From a virus: a stretch of 64,000 bases of DNA. The notes below the pieces were generated by a model, which saw nothing but the letters and a program-made list of their open reading frames with translations, did not search any database and had not been told where the DNA came from. Below, piece after piece: positions 39,032 to 49,587 of the stretch. How positions within the stretch are numbered: position 1 is the stretch's first letter; every line of letters starts with the position of its first letter. The DNA is taken from the IMG/VR virus record IMGVR_UViG_3300034101_003866, positions 64,001 to 128,000 of that record; one strand, given 5' to 3'. A program made the translations under genes and the position numbers.

Positions 39032-42000
39032 TTATGCTATATCAGACCAATTATGAGAGTATCCTGTTCTGAAAGTATAACCAGCACTACTAGATATTAA
39101 TATCGTTGTGCTATTAGCAATTGTGATAATAATTTTATTTCTATCTCCTCCATCCGTATGAGTCCACACTTTAAAGATGGGACTAAGTGCTCCAAGACCA
39201 GACATTGCCTGAGTCCAAGAAGCCTTATTATCTGTTGAATGATATATTTTTCCCTCAGTTGTTGTGACAGCATATCGCCCATTACCCACATATATTCCAT
39301 ATCCATACGTAATTTTATCTACATTAAACATACTGCTTTGTCCAGATCCATTTATTATGGTACTCCAGCTTATTCCATTACTACTAGTCGCTACGCCCAT
39401 TCCTGCTCCAAGTGATCTATTTCCTATTATTATAAACTCATTATTAAGATATTCTAATGATGAACAAGGCACAATTGGTCCTCCAAATGACCTTACTGTC
39501 CATGTTAATCCATCCGGCGATGTTGAACAGGTGCTTGAATTTTCTGTGGCGGCCACAATTATATTAGCACCATAAGCAATTCCTTTCCAATTAGCACTAG
39601 CAGGTAATGAAGAATAACTAACACTATTAACACTACCATTTAAGAATTTAATAATAGCAATTTCAGAACTAGTATTGGACGTTAATATAAAGTTATTATT
39701 AATAGGATCATATGTAGAACTAATCCACAAATGAATGACACCAGGCATGTCATCTGCCATATCATATGATTGCCAAGTTATACCATTATCAGTAGAATAA
39801 TTAATAATATAACTATTATATGCTGCAGCAACGAACACTCCATTGCCATAAGATATTGTTGTCCACAATTGATTATCTGGTAAGTTCTTTAAGAGATAAG
39901 CATCACCATAGTCTTGAGATACCATAGCCTTGTTATTGCTGTATGCTACAGCAACAGCATTAGCTTGAGGTATGGCACTAGTTACTGTTGGAGTTATGGT
40001 TACTGTTTGAGTTACTGTTGGAGTGGTGGTTGTTGTTATAGTAGGAGTGATTGTTGGAGTAATGCTAATTGTTGGAGTTGGAGTTTGTGTTGATGTTATA
40101 CTCGGTGTTATTGAAACTGTTGGCGTTATTGTTCTGGTTGGAGTAGCCGTGGCAGTTACACTAATAGTAGGAGTAACTGTTGTTGTTGGACTAATTGATA
40201 TTGTTGGGGTAATTGTGACAGTATTTGTTACACTTGGAGTTATGCTAATTGTTGGGGTGATTGTATTAGTAGGAGTAATTGATGGGGTATTTGTTATCGT
40301 TATAGTTGGAGTAATACTGGTAGTTGGAGTTATGCTAGTTGTTGGAGTTATAGTAGATGTTACGGTTATTGTAGGAGTTGCTGTAACTGTTGGAGTTAAT
40401 GACTTTGTTGGAGTTTTTGTGACTGTAGGAGTTATAGTATTAGTTGGAGTTAAACTATTAGTTTGAGTAATAGTTGGAGTAACTGTTTGAGTAATAGTTA
40501 ATGATAATGATGGAGTTACTGTAATGGTTGGTGAAGGAGTTAACGAAGACGATACTGTTACAGTAGGGGTTGCGGTACGCGTTACGGTATTGGTCGGAGT
40601 ACTAGTTAGAGTGGATGTATTTGTTAGTGTTATTGTCGGGGTTTGCGATGGAGTTGCTGTTACAGTTGGGGTGATGGTTTTTGTTGGCGTTGGACTAACA
40701 TTGGGTGGTTCGTACAAAATTGCAACATTAGGAACAAGTTTTCCTTGTAATAAGAATCCTTTGTATAAAACTTCTATTTCATCACCAGAATAAACTGCAT
40801 TTTGATAAATTAATTGACCAAGATTAATTGGAACAACTAGACTTTTGGATGGTGTCGGGGTTATTGTTGATGTTCGTGTTGGTGTTTTGGTAGTGGTTCG
40901 TGTTGGTGTTGTGGTTTTAGTTATAGTCGGAGTAACAGTCTGTGTTGGTGTTACTGTTGGAGTCACAGTTCTTGTTTGAGACACTGTTCTGGTAACAGTT
41001 TTGGTCGGAGTTATAGTTTGAGTAGCGCTAATAGATACTGTGGGTGTCTTTGTTGCTGTAACACTTTTGGTTGGAGTAACACTCTTAGTAACTGTTGGTG
41101 TTGCTGTTCTAGTTGGTGTTTTTGTTGGGGTGGCTGTTTTAGTTGGCGTAGGGGTTGGGGTGGCTGTGTAGCATACGCTTTCTGGACTAGTTTTATAAGC
41201 TTCTCCATTATCATCAACAATAACAGCATTAGGAGCAACATCACTTTGTGTTGCATACGTCCAGAATCCGGTATTAGCTCCGCCGCCTTTATAAAAAGCG
41301 GCTTTATACCATTCATTCTCGTTAGGAATCCAGTAAGTATTTTTGTTAGATGGTGATGGTTTGGATGTTCCCTCGATTATTCCGCTTAAACTATAAACTC
41401 CAGACTCAGTATCGTTTCCAGTTTGTCCACCATTATGTAGCCAATTAACATATCGTGCAGCACAAAACCAATTCATAAAATTAACTGGCTTATTCCCCAT
41501 ATCCATTTTTGCAGAATATGTGAAGCCTACCGACGAAGATCCTGATCTATTGATTCCGCCCCTAGGATCATCGCTCATTTCGGGTATCCATAATGCTAGC
41601 CCAAAATTAGACGTACTAGCAACCGCATTTAAAAACTGAACATATTCAGAGTTTGTTATAGCATACTTTTTAATTTGATAATTATAAGCTACTGCACCAT
41701 AATTATTATTAGCAGCATCACCGGTATTATTAGAGTCCGTCACTAGTGCATAATTAGTTGAATCTATTAACGATGCTGTTTTGGCTATTCTGAATCCTAT
41801 ATCATTTCTTTTTCCATCAACATAATTAATATCAGAATAATTTTTAGCTAATTGACCACTAGCACTTACGAAAGATCCTCCTCTGAATTTAGGATAACCG
41901 TCAACAAAAGTATCAACTATCTCATTAATGTTTCCGCTCTGATCATAGGTTCCATAGTAACTAGAGATTCCATTTAATCCTACTGCTGATAAGTTACCAG

Positions 42001-42058
42001 TAATCCCATTCCAAACAGCCTGACTATTATAGTTAGAACTATTACAATTATTTAACAT
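39032..42058 (-). CDS. virion surface protein: FGE-sulfatase (CLec-fold) domain, Thr/Pro stalk, C-terminal BNR-type propeller
   Basis: YGTYDQSGN, RGGSF, IGFR, KPVNFMNW, IPNENEWYKAAFY; long TPT repeats; SxDxGxTW repeats. Confidence 0.8.
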   Translation of the reverse strand: MLNNCNSSNYNSQAVWNGITGNLSAVGLNGISSYYGTYDQSGNINEIVDTFVDGYPKFRGGSFVSASGQLAKNYSDINYVDGKRNDIGFRIAKTASLIDSTNYALVTDSNNTGDAANNNYGAVAYNYQIKKYAITNSEYVQFLNAVASTSNFGLALWIPEMSDDPRGGINRSGSSSVGFTYSAKMDMGNKPVNFMNWFCAARYVNWLHNGGQTGNDTESGVYSLSGIIEGTSKPSPSNKNTYWIPNENEWYKAAFYKGGGANTGFWTYATQSDVAPNAVIVDDNGEAYKTSPESVCYTATPTPTPTKTATPTKTPTRTATPTVTKSVTPTKSVTATKTPTVSISATQTITPTKTVTRTVSQTRTVTPTVTPTQTVTPTITKTTTPTRTTTKTPTRTSTITPTPSKSLVVPINLGQLIYQNAVYSGDEIEVLYKGFLLQGKLVPNVAILYEPPNVSPTPTKTITPTVTATPSQTPTITLTNTSTLTSTPTNTVTRTATPTVTVSSSLTPSPTITVTPSLSLTITQTVTPTITQTNSLTPTNTITPTVTKTPTKSLTPTVTATPTITVTSTITPTTSITPTTSITPTITITNTPSITPTNTITPTISITPSVTNTVTITPTISISPTTTVTPTISVTATATPTRTITPTVSITPSITSTQTPTPTISITPTITPTITTTTTPTVTQTVTITPTVTSAIPQANAVAVAYSNNKAMVSQDYGDAYLLKNLPDNQLWTTISYGNGVFVAAAYNSYIINYSTDNGITWQSYDMADDMPGVIHLWISSTYDPINNNFILTSNTSSEIAIIKFLNGSVNSVSYSSLPASANWKGIAYGANIIVAATENSSTCSTSPDGLTWTVRSFGGPIVPCSSLEYLNNEFIIIGNRSLGAGMGVATSSNGISWSTIINGSGQSSMFNVDKITYGYGIYVGNGRYAVTTTEGKIYHSTDNKASWTQAMSGLGALSPIFKVWTHTDGGDRNKIIITIANSTTILISSSAGYTFRTGYSHNWSDIA
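39975..41170 (-). repeat. mucin-like Thr/Pro coding repeat (T-P-T-x-T/S-x units)
   Basis: Imperfect ~18-nt periodic repeat, interrupted by a unique island at about 40710-40845. Confidence 0.9.
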
Positions 42059-42072
42059 ATTTTAATAGTCCT

Positions 42073-45000
42073 TTAGAAATTATTAGTAACTGAAAACGTA
42101 ACTGTTTGTGATGGTGCAGAAACAATGGAGTATCCAGCTCCAGCTGGATCGCTGCCATTAATATTAACGGGAGAGTAAAGAGCATAGACTCTAGCTTTAT
42201 AATTACCTAAACCTACCGGAAAATGAGATCCAAAAGTATAGCTAGTTTCAGTAGCTGATATTTGGCGAGAGCTGAAGAAAATATTAGTCGATAAATCGAC
42301 ATACATGACTGCTACATAACCATATAGAGTAAGAGAAATTCCTGGGACTAATAGTGTCTGTGTCGGATGGCTCCATGTTATTGCGGCTTGTAAATCTCCT
42401 CCTGTCGCGCTTAGAATATTTGGAGCACATGGATTTGCAGTATCATTATTAGGGTTCCACCTATACCATCCTGCATTTATCATACCTGCTATAGTTCTTG
42501 GGTCCTGATTAAATCCAAAATTGTAACTAATATATCTACTAAATAGTCTAATATAGACTGGTCTATTATTTAAATCTACAGGTGGATTACGATAGTATCT
42601 CATGCTAGACAGGTCTACTGGCCAACTATAGGTATAATTTTGTATTGATGCAACTGAAGAAAAGGGCAAATCATTCTTGGCCCATTGAAAAGTACTATCG
42701 AATATGGAACTATTAGAACTATTACCTAAATAAACACCATAGCTATAACCATATAGTGGAATTGAATCTACTGTTGTGTCTAGTGGTGTTTTCCATGTTA
42801 AAAGTGCTGAATCCTGATATGATTGCATTACAAAATTCGAAGGAGCATTAGCACTATCGGATAAAAGACGATCATTTCGCATGCTAGGACTAATTGTCAT
42901 TGTTGGAGTAACGGTTACGGTACTAGTTACTGTTGGAGTAGTAGTTGGAGTAAATGATGGACTAACAGTAATTGTTGGAGTAACTGTGGGTGTTTGCGTA
43001 TTTGTCGGAGTTACAGTTATTGTGGGTGTTACTGTTGAGGTTACCGTTGGAGTCACTGTCTCTGTTGGAGTAACTGTAATTGTTGGAGTAATTGTCTGTG
43101 TTGTTGAAACGGTTTGTGTTACTGTTGGTGTTGTAGTAATAGTAATAGTTGGTGTTGGTGTTAGTGTTGAAGTTACACTGGGTGTTGGAGTATTCGTTGA
43201 AGTTACTGTTGCTGTTGGTGTTACTGTTGATGTTATTGTTGGAGTAACTGTGATTGTTGGCGTGACAGTTCTTGTTACTGTTGGAGTAACTGTTCTTGTT
43301 GGATAAGGAGTTTTGGTAACTGTTCTTGTAACCATCGGAAGTCTGGTTGCGCCTATTTCACAATCATTACTAAGACTATCACACTTTACCACAGTATTAT
43401 TCTGATAAAAGACACGAGGAAGAGGAATACTTGAACTAATAATACCAAGAGTATTAGTATAATCTCCATCTAGCCAAGTATTACTTATCGGAGGATCAGG
43501 ATATGCAGGATTCATAATATAATATAGAAAATCTTCTCCCCCTGCTGTGCTCTTTTGAAAAGCCCAATATGTTGTATATGGATATGCTGCTAGAGTAGTA
43601 AGACCAATTCTTGGATAAGAGTTTTTACCATCTTTACTATAAAAATAACTACCATTACTATCAGTAGTAGTTGATAAATAATAAATACCATTAATTCCAT
43701 CTTGTACAGCCTGACCACCAGAAACAATAATATCAGAACTATTCATTAGTTTACTAGTTAATACTAACATTTTCATTGGCCAATATTTCGTAATTTGCAC
43801 CATGATTTGTTCTGTTGTACTAGAAGCAATAAATGCCACGATTGGTTTATCTATAGTGGCAGTATATGGAGATTCTTCGCTTAAAGTAAAGTAAGCAACA
43901 TATTTATTTCCAGGAATAAGATTCGTGAATGTTACTAAATGTCCAACATTCTGAGGTGTTGGTCCATTGCCGTATGGGTCAATATCAGAACATGATGGAG
44001 CATTATTGCTTTGAGTAGCGTAATTATAAAATCCACTGGGTATTATAGAATAAAAATCAAATACTCCAGGATTTTCAAAACTATTAGTTGACATATTAAA
44101 TATGCCAGGAGAAATAGTGATATTAGTAGTAATAGGATCATCATAATTTATACTAGTAACAGTTGACCATGCTCCATTTTTTAAAATTTTCCAACCAGTT
44201 GTTACCGGAATAACGCTTTCTAAGTTTTGAACAGGGAGTGTGGCTGAGTCTTCAAATGGATTACCATTAGTATATGACCATTTCTGAACATCATTCAGAT
44301 TATCTGAATAATAAGCTGCTTTATACCATTCTCTTCTTGAGGGTAAATAATATCTAGCATTTGCTGATCTTGATATATCAAACTGTATACCATCGACACC
44401 AACAGAAGGACTGGATACAAAATCATAGGCACCAGTATCTATTATTTTTGTATTAGCATTATCTACTCTGTTATGTAGCCAATTACAATATCTCATTGCC
44501 ATAAAAGCTGATACATAATTTACTGGTTTATTTCCCATATTTTGTAATACTGCATATTTTGAACCAGCAACATCATTATAGTCAAAACCTATTCCTCCAT
44601 AAGTAGTATTTGACATAATCGAATGGTATAATAATCCAGAATTTCTAGAAGCTAATTGTCCATAACTATTACTATAATCAGATTCATCAGCAAGCAAACC
44701 ACTAGGATCAACAGAATTTAAGAAGTCTACATATTGCTGATTCGTAACTTCTAAAGCTGATGCTTTGAAATTAGAACTAATTGATCTAATAATAAATGGA
44801 TAATTCCCAGCAATGTCTCTAAATCCGGGTGTCAAAAAGTTTGTAGAATTATCTACAGTTTTAAGTATTGATATTTTACCAAAATATTCACTATATATGT
44901 CTTTATCTATTGTATACCACTCTTTTCTATCTCTATGATGTCCATAAAGTATAGATCCATCATAATTTATAGCTAATTGTAATATAGCAGGAGAGGATCC

Positions 45001-45987
45001 TGGACCACTTAATTGGGCATTTTTAATAAATACTGGCGATCCACCCGTAGTTGTTGGAAGTAAATTAATAGCATAAAAAGTATTTGACGCTGTTGAGGCG
45101 TATAACATACCAGAGTTTTTATCTATTGCAATATCGCCCAGTGTATTGTCTGTATCTAAAATAGGTAATGAAATATTCCATGTTTGTTTTCCTGTTGCTG
45201 TTGGCACATTACTTGATCCTGCATAGGAGAATGATATTTTGTTCAGAGTTTTTGTACCCTCTGTAAAATACCAATAGCCACTAGCATAATAATCTGCATT
45301 TCCTATAGATGTAGTTAAATAAGTATTTGATGAAGCTATATAAGCTAGTTGTGGACTGGTTGAGTTCGTATTCCACCAATACAATCCAGAAGGATCACTT
45401 TCATAGCCATTAAAGGTAAAATAAATCTGATCCTTGTCAAAATTATAAGCCAAAGCATTACAGGGGCTTTTCTGAAAAGTTGTTCCTGTGCCAAAAACTA
45501 AAGAACAAGCTCTTCTTTCTGGTATTACTTCAAAAAATAAATTTGTTTCTGTAATTCCATAAATTCTGGATTGTGGTAAAGTATCAGAAGCTGATGATCC
45601 GCTGACTGTAACAAAATTAGGTAAGTTTAGCGGGTTGCTGGTTGAGAATACTCTAAATCCAATATCTTTTTTAAGAGTAAATGAGTTATAATTATTCTGA
45701 TTATGTATACCAATATTATTAGAAGTATCATATTTGGAGATAGTTCCACTATTCGAACTAAATGATCCTCCCAAAACTATTTTCGATGAGCTATAATTGT
45801 ACTCTGGATTATATCCACTAAAACTAACATTATTTTCAATCCATTCAGCAACATTTCCACTTTGATCATAAGTTCCATAATAACTAGGAGAGCCATTGAA
45901 TCCAACAGCACTAACATTACCAGTAGCAGCATTCCAAATTACACAATTGTTATAATTAGCCTTATTAAGACCAGGTATATCCAGCAT
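42073..45987 (-). CDS. virion surface protein: FGE-sulfatase domain with inserted propeller, Thr/Pro stalk, two FN3-like domains
   Basis: YGTYDQSGNVAEW, IGFR, EVTNQQYVDFLN, LPSRREWYKAAYY; APSNF...LLTWKTP and APNI...AITWSHP. Confidence 0.8.
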   Translation of the reverse strand: MLDIPGLNKANYNNCVIWNAATGNVSAVGFNGSPSYYGTYDQSGNVAEWIENNVSFSGYNPEYNYSSSKIVLGGSFSSNSGTISKYDTSNNIGIHNQNNYNSFTLKKDIGFRVFSTSNPLNLPNFVTVSGSSASDTLPQSRIYGITETNLFFEVIPERRACSLVFGTGTTFQKSPCNALAYNFDKDQIYFTFNGYESDPSGLYWWNTNSTSPQLAYIASSNTYLTTSIGNADYYASGYWYFTEGTKTLNKISFSYAGSSNVPTATGKQTWNISLPILDTDNTLGDIAIDKNSGMLYASTASNTFYAINLLPTTTGGSPVFIKNAQLSGPGSSPAILQLAINYDGSILYGHHRDRKEWYTIDKDIYSEYFGKISILKTVDNSTNFLTPGFRDIAGNYPFIIRSISSNFKASALEVTNQQYVDFLNSVDPSGLLADESDYSNSYGQLASRNSGLLYHSIMSNTTYGGIGFDYNDVAGSKYAVLQNMGNKPVNYVSAFMAMRYCNWLHNRVDNANTKIIDTGAYDFVSSPSVGVDGIQFDISRSANARYYLPSRREWYKAAYYSDNLNDVQKWSYTNGNPFEDSATLPVQNLESVIPVTTGWKILKNGAWSTVTSINYDDPITTNITISPGIFNMSTNSFENPGVFDFYSIIPSGFYNYATQSNNAPSCSDIDPYGNGPTPQNVGHLVTFTNLIPGNKYVAYFTLSEESPYTATIDKPIVAFIASSTTEQIMVQITKYWPMKMLVLTSKLMNSSDIIVSGGQAVQDGINGIYYLSTTTDSNGSYFYSKDGKNSYPRIGLTTLAAYPYTTYWAFQKSTAGGEDFLYYIMNPAYPDPPISNTWLDGDYTNTLGIISSSIPLPRVFYQNNTVVKCDSLSNDCEIGATRLPMVTRTVTKTPYPTRTVTPTVTRTVTPTITVTPTITSTVTPTATVTSTNTPTPSVTSTLTPTPTITITTTPTVTQTVSTTQTITPTITVTPTETVTPTVTSTVTPTITVTPTNTQTPTVTPTITVSPSFTPTTTPTVTSTVTVTPTMTISPSMRNDRLLSDSANAPSNFVMQSYQDSALLTWKTPLDTTVDSIPLYGYSYGVYLGNSSNSSIFDSTFQWAKNDLPFSSVASIQNYTYSWPVDLSSMRYYRNPPVDLNNRPVYIRLFSRYISYNFGFNQDPRTIAGMINAGWYRWNPNNDTANPCAPNILSATGGDLQAAITWSHPTQTLLVPGISLTLYGYVAVMYVDLSTNIFFSSRQISATETSYTFGSHFPVGLGNYKARVYALYSPVNINGSDPAGAGYSIVSAPSQTVTFSVTNNF
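42880..43335 (-). repeat. mucin-like Thr/Pro coding repeat
   Basis: TVTPTITVTPT-type repeats over about 150 aa. Confidence 0.9.
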
Positions 45988-46007
45988 TATTAATTTCCTT
46001 TATTTTT

Positions 46008-48722
46008 TTAAATACACTCAGGACCACATTTTACTGCAAGATAGTCCATAGCCTCCAAGGCATTGCTAGTATTAGTTAGTTTAAACTGTATAACAGCCTG
46101 ACTCTGATTTTCTAAATTAATATTAGCAACAGTTAATAAATTAGCTTGTCCACTATTCTGAAATACAATATTACCACTACTCGGAGTTAGTGTGATAGCA
46201 GGAGATGCTGAAATGAATCGATATGTATGATTATCTCCTGGCATAGCATTACTAACATTAACAGATAATAGCTTTGTTCCAGAGCAGCAACCAACTGGTA
46301 GTGTTAATACTGGAGATCCAGAGAATGAAACAATATAATCTGTTATAGGTAAGCAATTATTACAATTTAATGTAAAATCATTACTATACGTTGTTATATT
46401 TGAGCAAGAGGTTTGTTGAACGCTCATGTTCAAAGTTATAAACTTATTCTTTGATCCATCGTATAATGAATTTTCTTTATAGACTAGGATAGTATCTCTA
46501 GTGTCGGTAGCGCATGATCCACTAGGGTAACAGAACCCAATGTCTGTTTTGATAACTCTAGAGTCAGAAGTTGCCACAAATTCACCAGATTGTCTTGAAA
46601 CAACAACCGGCCAATTACTATCAACACGAGCAAAATTGTATTTATACGTTTCTCCAGGAATAAGATTATTTAGTCTAGAGTTTAAAACATAAGTATTATT
46701 ACCGAAAGTATCCAATACAGCATTAGAGTCTTGAATAATCTCAAGCTTCTTTAGACAATTATCACAAGAAACTCTACATTCATTACTTTGTGCTATTGAA
46801 TCATTACAACCAGTTTCTTTAATTTCTAGTCTTAGTTTCACATTTCTATCAATTGCTCCAAAATTCGTTGAACAAGTTGGATCTAATGAATATGGAATAA
46901 CATTTGCTGTTCCATTAGGACATGTTCCTGTTGATGGGCAGAATGTTAATCTGCTAGTTAAACTTTCAAAAGTTGAATTAGCTTTAATTACTCCACTCAT
47001 TGGATATAGTATTGCTGGCCAATTAGCTCCAGCACCCTTAAACTCATAACTATAATACGATCCTGGAACAAGATTACTAACATCTGCTAGAACATCAATA
47101 TAATTTGTTCCATAGTTAAGAGAAAGATTCTTTGGTATTGTAGCATCTAGTATTGGTAAGCAGTTTTCGCAAGAGGCTGTTAACTCATTACTGTAAATAG
47201 TTTCAGCATCATAGTTAATTGGATCAACCATTAGTCTCAATTTAATATTTCTACTAATATATCCTGCTCTTGTAATACATGAAGAGTCAATGGTATAATC
47301 GAGAACATCAGGATCAGAACTAGGACAAATACCGGTTGATTTGCAGAAAGATAATTTGGCGGGGATTGACATTGATGTTGTTGTTGGAGTTAATAGTCCG
47401 CTCATTGGAGAGATTGTTACAGGCCAATTAGCATCAACAGCCTCAAAAACATATCTGTATTGTGAATTTGGAATAAGATTCAGTATGTCTGCATTAAATA
47501 CATACTTATCATTTCCTTGTGTTAAATTCAAAGAGTTTGGAATAGACGCTCTTGGTTTGGACACACAGTCATTACAAAAAATACTTAATTCATTACTATA
47601 GGTTGATTCATTATTAGAAGATTGTTTAATTCTGAGTTTTATTCTTGCTGTTTTGTCTAATAGTCCAAAGTTGATATCTGATGATACATTGGTTGTGTAT
47701 GCTAAGACTCCATTAACTCCACTTGGGCACAAGCCTGTTGATGGACATAATGTTAGTTTAACAGGAATAGACGCCACTTTATCTGTGGCTACCATTGTGC
47801 CACTTTGTGGCTGCACTAAGACTGGCCAATTAGCTCTGACACTACTAAATTCATATGAATATTCTTGTCCAACAATAAGATTATCTAAAGCAACATCAAA
47901 ACTACTATAAGTATCACCAGCATTAAGATCAATTACAGAAGGTAACACAGCATGAGTTTTTGGTAAACAGTCATTACAGAGCACGGAAAAGGACGATGAT
48001 GAGCTAGCTTGTGGAGATTGTGCTTTTTCAACTGGCTCAACTACTAGGTTAATAACAGAATATCTATCTTCTCTATCTATACTATTTGAAGTATCAACAT
48101 AGTTTAAAACTTTATCATCAGCTTCTAAGCAGACATTGGAAGATGAACAGAATGATAGTAGACTAGTTATATTAGCATATTCATTTGAGGCTTTAATGAC
48201 TCCTGATCTTGGAACTATCTTTACTGGCCAATTTCCTCCAGCTCCTTCAAAAGAGTATGTATATGATTGATTTGGTATTAATCCATTAATCTCTGATGTT
48301 ATGCTTGTTGAATTTCCATCTTCTGGATTAAATGACATAGAGTCTGTTCTAATTGATAGTTGAGGAGCACATTCATCACATTCAACAATACATGGATGTG
48401 TATATATAACTTCATTAACATTATCATATTCTGTAATAGATAATCCAAGAACACTATATAAACTCTTTGGTCCAACAGCTAATCCTGGATCACTGATTTT
48501 TGTCTGTGGAGTATTGAAGAATACATTAGCATCAGAAGCTGGACATTCTCCAGTTGTTGAGCAAAAATATACATATGTTTTGACATTACTAGGATAAAAT
48601 ACTCCTGATAGTGGAGTTACTCTAACTGGCCAATTTCCACCATTATTAGTAAATTTAAATCTATATTTATTATTTGGATTTAATCCACTAACATTAACAT
48701 CAATTGTTTTAATTGTTGACAT
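46008..48722 (-). CDS. virion protein built from 6-7 tandem Cys-rich ~125-aa repeats
   Basis: Repeated (N/G)LxP..Y.Y.F...NWP...P.SG...FC..xG.C...CxxC units. Confidence 0.8.
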   Translation of the reverse strand: MSTIKTIDVNVSGLNPNNKYRFKFTNNGGNWPVRVTPLSGVFYPSNVKTYVYFCSTTGECPASDANVFFNTPQTKISDPGLAVGPKSLYSVLGLSITEYDNVNEVIYTHPCIVECDECAPQLSIRTDSMSFNPEDGNSTSITSEINGLIPNQSYTYSFEGAGGNWPVKIVPRSGVIKASNEYANITSLLSFCSSSNVCLEADDKVLNYVDTSNSIDREDRYSVINLVVEPVEKAQSPQASSSSSFSVLCNDCLPKTHAVLPSVIDLNAGDTYSSFDVALDNLIVGQEYSYEFSSVRANWPVLVQPQSGTMVATDKVASIPVKLTLCPSTGLCPSGVNGVLAYTTNVSSDINFGLLDKTARIKLRIKQSSNNESTYSNELSIFCNDCVSKPRASIPNSLNLTQGNDKYVFNADILNLIPNSQYRYVFEAVDANWPVTISPMSGLLTPTTTSMSIPAKLSFCKSTGICPSSDPDVLDYTIDSSCITRAGYISRNIKLRLMVDPINYDAETIYSNELTASCENCLPILDATIPKNLSLNYGTNYIDVLADVSNLVPGSYYSYEFKGAGANWPAILYPMSGVIKANSTFESLTSRLTFCPSTGTCPNGTANVIPYSLDPTCSTNFGAIDRNVKLRLEIKETGCNDSIAQSNECRVSCDNCLKKLEIIQDSNAVLDTFGNNTYVLNSRLNNLIPGETYKYNFARVDSNWPVVVSRQSGEFVATSDSRVIKTDIGFCYPSGSCATDTRDTILVYKENSLYDGSKNKFITLNMSVQQTSCSNITTYSNDFTLNCNNCLPITDYIVSFSGSPVLTLPVGCCSGTKLLSVNVSNAMPGDNHTYRFISASPAITLTPSSGNIVFQNSGQANLLTVANINLENQSQAVIQFKLTNTSNALEAMDYLAVKCGPECI

Positions 48723-48746
48723 TTATTTTACCTTTGTATATTGAGT

Positions 48747-49544
48747 TTAACAGCTGGTTCCTTCACTGATAGTCACACCCACGCCAACATGACCACCGTT
48801 ACTAGCACAATCTAAGCATCTGATTTTAACTATATTACTACGATGAATTATACTAGAACAATCTGGGTCACTAAGCAATAATCTGAATGATGTTTCGGTT
48901 TTATACCAATTTTTAGTTCCTGCATTATTCTTTATTGAATATGGCAATACTCCTATTTGTCCATTTGGACACGAACCTGTTGTGGCACAGAAGCCTCCGT
49001 ATAGGCTAAGCACAGCATCTTTTTCGTGTGCATATATTTGACCGGTTGTTGCAGATAATGAGAACGGCCAATCTGAATCTAGTGCTTGTAGTGAATAATT
49101 ATATAGTTTATTTGGGATTAAATTACTAAGAGTAATATTTATTTCGTGTTCAGTTTCTTTTTTAATTCCGGTATTGACCACATCAAATTTTATTTTTGGA
49201 AAACAACCAGTGCAAGTCACTTTAACCGAATCGCTTTTATATATATTTGAAGCATCGTTTACAGCATAAAACGACAATTGTATTTTACTAAATGGATCAT
49301 CTCCAATATTACATAAACAATCATCATAAGCTAATAGACCATCACAGTCTAAACAGCCAGTTTTTGATAGGCAAAAATATACTGTAGCATCAATTGATGC
49401 TGTAGCGGATGTTGAGGTTATGGAACCACTAATTGGTGTTATTACTGTTGGCCAGTTTGACCCTATGCCATTAAAAACATAGTTATATTTTTCAAATGGA
49501 ATTAGGCCATTTATTTGAGCCGAAATATCTATAGGATTAGGCAT
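48747..49544 (-). CDS. protein with two Cys-rich repeats of the same family
   Basis: GLIP...SNWPT...FCLSKTGC...CTGC and NLIP...SDWPF...FCATTGSC...CLDC. Confidence 0.8.
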   Translation of the reverse strand: MPNPIDISAQINGLIPFEKYNYVFNGIGSNWPTVITPISGSITSTSATASIDATVYFCLSKTGCLDCDGLLAYDDCLCNIGDDPFSKIQLSFYAVNDASNIYKSDSVKVTCTGCFPKIKFDVVNTGIKKETEHEINITLSNLIPNKLYNYSLQALDSDWPFSLSATTGQIYAHEKDAVLSLYGGFCATTGSCPNGQIGVLPYSIKNNAGTKNWYKTETSFRLLLSDPDCSSIIHRSNIVKIRCLDCASNGGHVGVGVTISEGTSC

Positions 49545-49575
49545 TTGATATCCTTTTTAGTATGAATAACTGTTT

Positions 49576-49583
49576 ATACACCA
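49576..49583 (-). promoter_or_regulatory. putative phage promoter motif TGGTGTAT
   Basis: Reads TGGTGTATAAACAG on the - strand in the intergenic gap, about 32 nt upstream of ATG 49544. Confidence 0.5.
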
Positions 49584-49587
49584 TATG

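Noticed and set aside
40023-43306. Val/Gly-rich + strand ORFs (40023-40466, 40524-40793, 42881-43306)
   Set aside because: They are antisense shadows of the Thr/Pro repeats, whose reverse complement lacks stop codons.
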